From positions 27,768-91,767 of the forward strand of contig JAFXVS010000018.1 in assembly GCA_017534815.1 (NCBI GenBank): a stretch of 64,000 bases of DNA. The letters are read 5' to 3'. The translations under genes were made by a program, and so were the position numbers. Origin of the DNA: Bacteroidaceae bacterium (GTDB lineage: Bacteria > Bacteroidota > Bacteroidia > Bacteroidales > Bacteroidaceae). Positions 1-6,538 of this stretch are shown here, piece after piece (position 1 is the stretch's first letter; each line of letters begins with the position of its first letter). Under the pieces are notes generated by a model. That model saw nothing but the letters and a program-made list of their open reading frames with translations. It ran no database searches and had not been told where the DNA came from.

Positions 1-248
1 TTGAGAAACCTACCCTTGAGGCTCGAATGAGCATCTGGCATGAAATGATCCCTACTCTCGATGATAGTGTCACACGTACTCTTGCAACGAAGTACGATTT
101 CAGTGGAGGCCAGATTGAGAACATCGCCCGCCATTATACCATCGGCAATATTCTTCATGGAAAGTTGGACAACGACATTGACATAATCACTTCATATTGC
201 GACAACGAGCGCTTAGATACAAGGGAAAGCAGAAAAATAGGTTTTTAA
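1..248 (+). CDS. Classical AAA+ ATPase, C-terminal fragment (gene begins upstream of window)
   Basis: Frame 3 is open from the window edge to TAA at 246-248. ...ARMSIWHEMIP...LATKYDFSGGQIENIARH... fits the AAA+ lid/sensor-2 helix pattern (compare G-x-SGADI in FtsH/Cdc48-type ATPases). Confidence 0.5.
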   Translation, partial: EKPTLEARMSIWHEMIPTLDDSVTRTLATKYDFSGGQIENIARHYTIGNILHGKLDNDIDIITSYCDNERLDTRESRKIGF

Positions 249-268
249 TAAACAATATTTTTGAGATT

Positions 269-673
269 ATGAAGCAAATAACAGTATCAGAATTATTTAA
301 AAAGTATGATTTCGAAAGCATACTACCGCATTTAGACCACCTCTTTATGGTGAATAGTGGGCGGCATTTCTCTGAAGCTAGTATTGAGGTGTTCAGGAAC
401 CTTTATAAGCATTGAACCGCATGTGAGACAAAACCGACGAATTGTCACATCCGGCTTGTCTCTCGTTGGGAACATACAAGTCCGTCCATTGATATGAATT
501 GTCATGTTAGGGAGAAGAATGTTTTTTGCTACTCAGTAGCAGATCAGAAAGACATGCTCGAGGTGCTAGGCATGAAAGTAGGAGTGGATAAAGATGTTGA
601 AATCAGTGAAGTGGAATTGGTAGCTGGTCTTTTCTGGGAGATGACCTATTATGATCCTAAAGGCAAAGGATAA
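269..673 (+). pseudogene. 134-codon ORF interrupted by one in-frame TGA (413-415); paralog of the N-terminal domain of 3234-4253
   Basis: I walked the codons by hand. ATG 269, TGA 413-415, then the same frame stays open to TAA 671-673. MKQITVSELFKKYDFESILPHL ... ELVAGLFWEMTYY parallels MTFKELLDSVSFEEVAPEL ... EIAACCLWHTSFYGY in the downstream gene. Confidence 0.5.
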
Positions 674-719
674 TTATACGAAAGATTGTTAATATGCACT
701 ATTATTCAAAATAAAGTTG

Positions 720-727
720 TATCTTTG
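720..727 (+). promoter_or_regulatory. Bacteroidetes -7 promoter box TATCTTTG (TAnnTTTG)
   Basis: Exact consensus match 27 nt upstream of ATG 755. Confidence 0.5.
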
Positions 728-754
728 TTGCACCTAAAATAATGAATAAGGCTT

Positions 755-1588
755 ATGAATAACGGATTTAAGGTTATAACCCTCTGTGGCAGCACCCGTT
801 TCAAAGATGAATTTCTTGAAGCGCAAAAGCGTCTGACACTTGAAGGTAATATTGTTATTTCCGTGGGACTGTTTGGTCATTCTGGAGATGATGAGGTATG
901 GACAGAGGGCGTGAAAGACATGTTGGATCGTCAACATTTGGCAAAGATAGATTTGGCCGATGAAATTTTTGTCGTTAATGTTGGTGGCTATATTGGTGAT
1001 AGCACAAGGCGAGAAATCGCTTATGCAGAAATCAAAGGCAAGTCTCTCGTATATCTTGAAAGATGCAGGAAACAATGTCTTTATAAAAATTATGCTGCAC
1101 TCCGTGAACTCCACGATGCAGGAAGAATCTCCGATGAGGATTTTGAACAGGCTGGACGTGTTTTTGATGAAAAACGCAAAATTGCTATTGCTGAATATAA
1201 TGCCTGTACAGGCCCTTGGCCCTATCAGTGGAAAGACATTGATACTGTTGTTTGTGGAATACTACAACAGAATGGTCTTGCTTCTATTGACTACCATGAC
1301 CTAGAATATCTCTATGAAGCTGATAATGTTTCAGAAATTCGCATAAAGGGAAAGGGCTCTAACGATAAAGAGCAGCTTCAAAGCATCATTGATACTATCC
1401 GAAATGATTATATGAATCTGTTGCAATTATCAAAGAAATTAGCAATAACCCTTATTGGCTCGTCCAATTCGACTACCCATATTGAAAAGATAGCTGATTG
1501 CCTGACAGGTAAAGATATCGTTTGGCAAATTAAGACACTCACTGCTGAAGAAACAGAAATAAGATTATCAATAGTAACAATTCAATAA
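755..1588 (+). CDS. Fusion protein: N-terminal nucleoside 2-deoxyribosyltransferase/DNPH1(Rcl)-like domain plus C-terminal FtsZ-C-terminal-like domain
   Basis: 277-aa ORF. KVITLCGSTRF..., ...KIDLADEIFVVNVGGYIGDSTRREIAYA..GKSLVYL fits the NDT/Rcl pattern. The C-terminal half resembles FtsZ T7 loop plus C-domain (see findings). The coding call is firm; the function is inferred. Confidence 0.6.
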   Translation: MNNGFKVITLCGSTRFKDEFLEAQKRLTLEGNIVISVGLFGHSGDDEVWTEGVKDMLDRQHLAKIDLADEIFVVNVGGYIGDSTRREIAYAEIKGKSLVYLERCRKQCLYKNYAALRELHDAGRISDEDFEQAGRVFDEKRKIAIAEYNACTGPWPYQWKDIDTVVCGILQQNGLASIDYHDLEYLYEADNVSEIRIKGKGSNDKEQLQSIIDTIRNDYMNLLQLSKKLAITLIGSSNSTTHIEKIADCLTGKDIVWQIKTLTAEETEIRLSIVTIQ

Positions 1589-1602
1589 CAAAGAGAAAGA
1601 AT

Positions 1603-2781
1603 ATGAGTAACGATAAAAGTCAAATTCAAGAAAAACTAGCAAGTTGGGCAAAGGAAACGGTTAATGTGTATAATCCAATTGCAGATACTTTAAATAAGGA
1701 GAGTTCAAATGAAAAATGGGGCTATTATACACAAACCCCATTGTCACTTGTTTCCCAATCACCAGATTTACTTATATTAGGAATTAATCCAGGATCCGGT
1801 GGCGGTAAAGATAATATGACGGGAGAAGAATTACTTAAAGGTAATCCTTGCTTCGAAGGCCTGAATAAAGAAGGTGTTGTCAAAGTGATGAGAGAGGTAC
1901 GAGATGATAATAAGAAAAGGAATGGATGGGCTTTGTGGCATAGATTGAACGATATGCTTGAAAAATCTCCAAATAATAAGAACCTACTAAAATACTTCGA
2001 AAATTTTGTCCTGTCTAATATGATTTTCTTTGGAACAGATCATGAAAACGAGATACCTAAGATAGATAAAGAAAAGTGTGCAAAGCAAACCTTAAAATTG
2101 ATAGATTATTTAGAGCCAAAAGTGGTCATATTACTTGGCAAACAAAGTAGAGATCTATATAATCGTATAACTGATAAGGGGAAATTAGAAGTTTTAGTAC
2201 CAAACTCCATTTATCATTGTATGTATGACAAAAGTCATATCCTTGCAATTAAACATACTGCATATCATTATTCATATGATGAGATAGTGGTTGTGGGGAA
2301 GACAATTGGATTTGTTCTGGATCATCACGAAGAAGCCATAAATAAGGAAACGATTTTTTCATCTTATATAAAAAATGATATTATTCGTTTTGAAGAGGGG
2401 CAAAAGACGAAGCAGTCTAAGAAAAAATTAAAAGTGAATAGTGCCAAAGTTATAAAATTATTAACTTCGAATCCGTGTTTTCAACTTACTATGGTTAAGA
2501 AAGATCATTATTACCTTTCTGAAAACTTGGTTATTCGAATTACAAATGCAGATAATGGATATTTGGCTATTCGTCACAAAAACTATGATGTTCAATACCC
2601 AAACTCTAAATATGTGTTTACTGAAGAATACAGAAATTTTCTTAATACAGAGAAACAAGGATGGAAATGTGACAATTATTGGCTAGCTAAAAAACACATT
2701 AATGATTTTGGAAATGATGAAAATGAAATCGTAAAAAACATTATTTCAGAATTAAACGACATAATAGAATTTGTAAGATAA
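1603..2781 (+). CDS. Uracil-DNA glycosylase-superfamily-like protein (GINPG motif) with uncharacterised C-terminal extension
   Basis: 392-aa ORF starting 14 nt after the previous stop. LLILGINPGSGGG (nt 1780-1794) matches motif A of Mug/TDG/SMUG-type UDGs. The last ~130 aa have no family I recognise. Confidence 0.5.
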   Translation: MSNDKSQIQEKLASWAKETVNVYNPIADTLNKESSNEKWGYYTQTPLSLVSQSPDLLILGINPGSGGGKDNMTGEELLKGNPCFEGLNKEGVVKVMREVRDDNKKRNGWALWHRLNDMLEKSPNNKNLLKYFENFVLSNMIFFGTDHENEIPKIDKEKCAKQTLKLIDYLEPKVVILLGKQSRDLYNRITDKGKLEVLVPNSIYHCMYDKSHILAIKHTAYHYSYDEIVVVGKTIGFVLDHHEEAINKETIFSSYIKNDIIRFEEGQKTKQSKKKLKVNSAKVIKLLTSNPCFQLTMVKKDHYYLSENLVIRITNADNGYLAIRHKNYDVQYPNSKYVFTEEYRNFLNTEKQGWKCDNYWLAKKHINDFGNDENEIVKNIISELNDIIEFVR

Positions 2782-2789
2782 TAAAAATT

Positions 2790-3134
2790 ATGGCACAAAT
2801 GATTTTGCACGGAAGGGAGTTAATCCGTATAAACGTTCCAAAGAATTATATCGAGTATTCAACGAATGATGGTCGAACTTGGCACACTCGATATACAGGT
2901 ACCCATGCTGGTACATTTATTGATCTCATAGATTATGGATCTGAGATTATTGCGTGTACCTCGAAAGGTATTTTCACTTCTAGTAATGGTGGAGGGAATT
3001 GGCATAGCAGATACTCTGGCAATCTCGCAGGCTCTTTCATTCAGCTAGTGTCTGATGGACGGAATTTGTTGGCAACAACATCTAAAGGTTTGTATTATTC
3101 AAACAATGGAGGTCTTAATTGGCATCGCAAGTAG
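2790..3134 (+). CDS. Small Asp-box (BNR-like) repeat protein, 2.75 copies of a 40-aa repeat
   Basis: STNDGRTW (aa 24-31), SSNGGGNW (64-71) and SNNGGLNW (104-111) sit at an exact 40-aa period, and the WH.RY.G..AG.FI.L...G...A.TSKG context repeats. Starts 8 nt after the upstream stop. Confidence 0.6.
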   Translation: MAQMILHGRELIRINVPKNYIEYSTNDGRTWHTRYTGTHAGTFIDLIDYGSEIIACTSKGIFTSSNGGGNWHSRYSGNLAGSFIQLVSDGRNLLATTSKGLYYSNNGGLNWHRK

Positions 3135-3167
3135 AAAAAACAATTCTTTCATCTACATTTCAAATAA

Positions 3168-3198
3168 CCTCTGCCTCAAAACGGCAGGGGTTTCTTTT
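3168..3198 (+). terminator. Hairpin + T-run terminator of the 755-3134 operon
   Basis: cctctgcc (3168-3175) / ggcagggg (3183-3190), an 8-bp stem with one G.U pair, followed by tttctttt. Confidence 0.6.
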
Positions 3199-3205
3199 AT
3201 CTTTG
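3198..3205 (+). promoter_or_regulatory. -7 promoter box TATCTTTG
   Basis: Consensus TAnnTTTG 29 nt upstream of ATG 3234. Part of the duplicated 49-nt module 3165-3213. Confidence 0.5.
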
Positions 3206-3233
3206 CGTCGTGATTATAGATAAAGAACGTATT

Positions 3234-4253
3234 ATGACTTTCAAAGAATTACTCGATAGCGTTTCCTTTGAAGAGGTGGCTCCAGAGTTAGTACGAATGT
3301 ACCCAAAAGTAGAGTATGATTTGCGATGGTATAAGATTCATTTTGATATGCTGCGCCTGATGACCCCAAAGCTTCATGATGATACAAATTCTGGTGTATG
3401 CAATATCTCCATGAGTAAATGGGACGAAGATTGTCAACCCCATCTAGATGCTTACCCGATGGAAGGCGATTGGTGGGGGCATTCGTTGACGAAGGAACTT
3501 GTTATTGCCCCAGAAGTCAAGGCTACCAATGCTGAGATTGCAGCTTGCTGCCTCTGGCACACATCTTTTTATGGTTATGTGGATGAACAACAGGAGGAAT
3601 ATTTTAGATTTGATGAAAGTGATATAGATATCAAAGACAGATGGGATGACTACATATATAATAAGATACGAGCAGAGAAATGCTTCTCCATCATTCGTAG
3701 AAATGGTGGCTACATCCCATCCGTTAAAGAGTTGACACCTGCGAAGAAACAAGAATTGACGAACAAAGCCAAGGAGTATTTTTGGTGCATAAGTCAATCG
3801 ATGAACAAGACAAAAAGGAAGAGGCTGTTTCGCAGGGAGTTTATGGCTCACTACTATGAGCGTATGATGAACATCAGCCGTTTCATCGTTCAGGCAATTC
3901 CTGCTTTGAAAGACGAGAGAAGCAATATGAGTATAGAGCAGCTTTGTGGATTGTTCTATTCTGACTTGTTCAGTTCAGAGGTGTTCACGTCGTATGCTGA
4001 TGAAAAGACAAGTGGGGCCAGGTATCTTTGTGAACTTTTTGAGAAATATGGTATAGAACCTAGATTAGACAGAATAGTAGTGGTGTTGACAACTGGGGAA
4101 TACCATCAAGAACTAACAGAAGATGAAGATTATTTGTGCAGACTTCTTGTTGGCGATTGCAAATCGAGTGACATCCTCTTGGCTACAGATCCTTCATTAG
4201 GCAGGCAAGTACGTATCAACTATGCTACTTTTAATTCAGAAAAGACATTATAA
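3234..4253 (+). CDS. Uncharacterised protein; N-terminal ~115 aa paralogous to the interrupted ORF 269-673
   Basis: Long ORF. I prefer ATG 3234 (MTFKELL...) over the track GTG 3210, because GTG 3210 lies only 4 nt past the -7 box. Confidence 0.6.
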   Translation: MTFKELLDSVSFEEVAPELVRMYPKVEYDLRWYKIHFDMLRLMTPKLHDDTNSGVCNISMSKWDEDCQPHLDAYPMEGDWWGHSLTKELVIAPEVKATNAEIAACCLWHTSFYGYVDEQQEEYFRFDESDIDIKDRWDDYIYNKIRAEKCFSIIRRNGGYIPSVKELTPAKKQELTNKAKEYFWCISQSMNKTKRKRLFRREFMAHYYERMMNISRFIVQAIPALKDERSNMSIEQLCGLFYSDLFSSEVFTSYADEKTSGARYLCELFEKYGIEPRLDRIVVVLTTGEYHQELTEDEDYLCRLLVGDCKSSDILLATDPSLGRQVRINYATFNSEKTL

Positions 4254-4280
4254 ATACCTATTCTCATGAATCCATTTTAA

Positions 4281-4311
4281 CCTCTGCCACAAAACGGCGG
4301 AGGTTTCTTTT
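4281..4311 (+). terminator. Hairpin + T-run terminator (second copy of the module)
   Basis: cctctgcc (4281-4288) / ggcggagg (4296-4303), then tttctttt. Confidence 0.6.
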
Positions 4312-4318
4312 ATCTTTG
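4311..4318 (+). promoter_or_regulatory. -7 promoter box TATCTTTG
   Basis: Consensus match 26 nt upstream of ATG 4344. Part of duplicated module 4278-4326. Confidence 0.5.
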
Positions 4319-4343
4319 CATCGTGAACAAAGATATAAGAAAT

Positions 4344-4652
4344 ATGAAATGGAATAAGAAAGTGAATGATTCTGTTGATTATATAAATGGTTATCCGATT
4401 AGTGAAGTCTGGGGGACATACCACTATTTGGCGCGAAAGATTGCACCAAGGTTGAAAGCATTCAAGGCCCTTAAAAAGCATGGATGGCCAGCTGATTTTG
4501 AGGACCAGGAAGATTGGAATGAAGTTATTCAGAAGATGATCGATGCATTCGAGTTGCTGAAGCAAATTACAACGTATAGCGAGGAAGAAGAGCAGACTAT
4601 TGAGGAAGGGTTGGATTTATTTTGCAAATATTTTAGAAATTTATGGGATTAA
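4344..4652 (+). CDS. Hypothetical small protein (102 aa)
   Basis: ORF with ATG 4344 (MKWNKKVN...). The track GTG 4323 falls right after the promoter box. No family recognised. Confidence 0.5.
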   Translation: MKWNKKVNDSVDYINGYPISEVWGTYHYLARKIAPRLKAFKALKKHGWPADFEDQEDWNEVIQKMIDAFELLKQITTYSEEEEQTIEEGLDLFCKYFRNLWD

Positions 4653-4655
4653 GGT

Positions 4656-5315
4656 ATGAACAGAAATGATTTAATTAACTATAGTCTTCGTGATGATAGC
4701 ATTGAGGCTATTGAGAAGAGGATTATAAACAGATACAATAGTACTCGTTGTTATGACTCCGATGACGATGTTCTATTGTCATTGCGAAGAGAAATTATTA
4801 ACAAGCGGGTTCATGCTCGCCAAGAAGAACTTCTGCCTGATATCATTGCATTCAATGATGCACTAACGGAGGCTCTTCGTAATATGTATGATCATGTTCA
4901 TCGTATTTGGAATAAAGTTGTTCAAAGCATAGAAGAGACTGATGGTGAAGGACTGGAACTTACAGCCAAATGCTACTTTGATTACACTTATCCAGAATTG
5001 CATCCTTTACAAGGCGATGATCGTCAGGATTTGTGGAATGCGCTTTGCGATGAAGATTTGAATCCATTATATGCCGATGGTGTTTCTGTATTGACCTTGA
5101 CACTCCCCAGAGATCATGGATGTTCCTTTGATTCTTTCATTGGCATGGATTGCCCACCACCTAATTGGAATGAAGGGCTTGATCAAAAGTTGACAAAGGA
5201 CTTACATCTCATAAGCCAGTTTCACAAACTCTTCATGCACATGAATTTCGCTCTCACAGATATTATCTATGTAAGAAAATTCAAAACGGAGATAGATATT
5301 ACAATTTATAAATAA
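4656..5315 (+). CDS. Hypothetical protein (219 aa)
   Basis: ORF starts 3 nt after the previous stop, so it is probably co-transcribed. No family recognised. Confidence 0.5.
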   Translation: MNRNDLINYSLRDDSIEAIEKRIINRYNSTRCYDSDDDVLLSLRREIINKRVHARQEELLPDIIAFNDALTEALRNMYDHVHRIWNKVVQSIEETDGEGLELTAKCYFDYTYPELHPLQGDDRQDLWNALCDEDLNPLYADGVSVLTLTLPRDHGCSFDSFIGMDCPPPNWNEGLDQKLTKDLHLISQFHKLFMHMNFALTDIIYVRKFKTEIDITIYK

Positions 5316-5352
5316 CCCGACGAAACGCTGTTCTGAAAGCCTCTCAAAAACC

Positions 5353-5410
5353 TTGACTCGAGTCAAATCATCGATTGGCTCGAGCCAAATGGCAAAATGA
5401 CTCGAGCCAA
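5353..5410. repeat. Three 14-bp palindromes TTGRCTCGAGYCAA at exact 22-bp spacing
   Basis: TTGACTCGAGTCAA 5353-5366 (perfect palindrome), TTGGCTCGAGCCAA 5375-5388 (perfect), ATGACTCGAGCCAA 5397-5410 (hybrid). Confidence 0.8.
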
Positions 5411-5453
5411 AGATTTTGGAGGCTCTATTGGCCGACTTTAGACACAAGTAAAC

Positions 5454-5488
5454 AAAAGGGTGGTTTCTTACCGAGAAACTATCCTTTT
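5454..5488. terminator. Bidirectional-looking hairpin flanked by A- and T-runs at the island/core junction
   Basis: aaaagggtggtttc / gaaactatcctttt, 12 of 14 complementary, 7-nt loop. Lies between convergent genes 4656-5315 (+) and 5571-6491 (-). Confidence 0.45.
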
Positions 5489-5523
5489 GTCGTAATGAAA
5501 CCCACCGTTAGTCGTAATGAAAC
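5489..5523 (+). repeat. Direct repeat GTCGTAATGAAAC x2, 22-bp period
   Basis: Copies at 5489-5501 and 5511-5523. Confidence 0.7.
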
Positions 5524-5570
5524 TCTTCGCCATTAACAAAGAAAGAAAAAATAATGACACATTTCTCCGT

Positions 5571-6491
5571 TCATCGGCTTCCGATGAAGAGGAAAAGCAT
5601 GGAGAGCAGGACGAGGGCGAGGTCGATGAGCTTGGAGCGGAGATTCTTCTCGTGGAAGACCATGGCACCGAAGAGGAAACTGACGACGACGGAGCCACGC
5701 CGCACCATGGAGACGATGCTGATCATGGCACCGTCGAGGCCGAGGGCGTAGAAGTAGGCAAAGTCGGCAGCAGAGAGGAATACGGAGATGAGGATGATGC
5801 ACCAGTCCCAATGGAATGGAGTGGTCTTTTTGTGGGTGGGCCACCACAGGAGGAAGAGCATGAGGAGCATCATGAAGAACTGGTAGATGTTGTACCACGA
5901 CTGCACTGCGAGTTTGTCGAGCCCCACCCCACCATTTTCGGGCGAGGCCATCAGGAACTTGTCGTACAACCCCGACACGGCGCCGAGCACGTTGGCCAGC
6001 ACGACATAGACAATCCACTTGTTGTGCTTAAAGTAGATTCCCTCCTTGCGGCTGGAACGTGAGAGCATGTAAAGCCCAATCATAGCTATGATGACACCAA
6101 TCCATTGCCACACATTAAGCCGTTCGGAGAAAAAAGTCAAAGCGCCGATGAGCACCATGACGGGACGCGTGGCGTTGATGGGACCGACAATGGTGATGGG
6201 CAGGTGCTTCAGTCCGAAGTAAGCGAAGAGCCAGCTGGCAAGCACGATGCACGACTTGAGCAGGATGTACTTGTGTTCAGCCCATCCGTAGGTGTGGGTG
6301 AAGAAGAGGCTGTCCTCTGCTATCACCCCTTGACGCGACAGAATGATGAAGGGCAGAAATATCAACGAAGAAAACAGCGTGTTGAGCAGCAGCACAGGAA
6401 TGACGGCGTTGCCCCGGAGCGATTTCTTCTTGAAGACGTCGTAGAAACCGAGCAATGCGGCGGAAAGGAATGCGAGTGAAAGCCAGAGCAT
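5571..6491 (-). CDS. EamA/DMT-family transporter
   Basis: 306-aa polytopic membrane protein. MLWLSLAFLSAALLGFYDVFKKK... is typical of a two-EamA-repeat architecture. Confidence 0.8.
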   Translation of the reverse strand: MLWLSLAFLSAALLGFYDVFKKKSLRGNAVIPVLLLNTLFSSLIFLPFIILSRQGVIAEDSLFFTHTYGWAEHKYILLKSCIVLASWLFAYFGLKHLPITIVGPINATRPVMVLIGALTFFSERLNVWQWIGVIIAMIGLYMLSRSSRKEGIYFKHNKWIVYVVLANVLGAVSGLYDKFLMASPENGGVGLDKLAVQSWYNIYQFFMMLLMLFLLWWPTHKKTTPFHWDWCIILISVFLSAADFAYFYALGLDGAMISIVSMVRRGSVVVSFLFGAMVFHEKNLRSKLIDLALVLLSMLFLFIGSR

Positions 6492-6538
6492 GTCAGCGGG
6501 AATTTATTTGATGCGTGGAACAGATGCCGGTCGGGCGG

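Larger units (their letters stand above)
1..5530. other. AT-rich accessory (probably horizontally acquired) island, right-hand portion; left end outside window
   Basis: Hand-counted G+C is 20/60 in lines 1621-1680 and 4681-4740 versus 37/60 in 5701-5760. All genes are uncharacterised and on the + strand. The border carries repeat arrays (5353-5410, 5489-5523). Confidence 0.6.

Noticed and set aside
413-415. TGA at 413-415 as selenocysteine or programmed recoding
   Set aside because: I saw no SECIS-like hairpin immediately downstream, the paralog has no Cys or Sec at the aligned position, and nothing suggests recoded TGA elsewhere in the window. A nonsense mutation or error is more parsimonious.
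197-415. Longer track starts: 197 (overlapping the AAA+ gene end), GTG 3210, GTG 4323, 9617 (pyrB), 29724 (guaA), GTG 38735, 43686, 55164 (secA)
   Set aside because: Each extension overlaps or abuts a consensus -7 promoter box or the upstream gene, and adds non-homologous residues. Internal ATGs give family-typical N-termini.
5517-6062. Long acidic or His-rich ORFs (5517-6062 +, 5533-6018 -, 6105-6479 +) overlapping the EamA gene
   Set aside because: They are antisense or alternative frames of a GC-rich membrane-protein gene. Their low-complexity E/D/G/H or R/P composition is typical of shadow ORFs, and the EamA frame has a clean 10-TM pattern.
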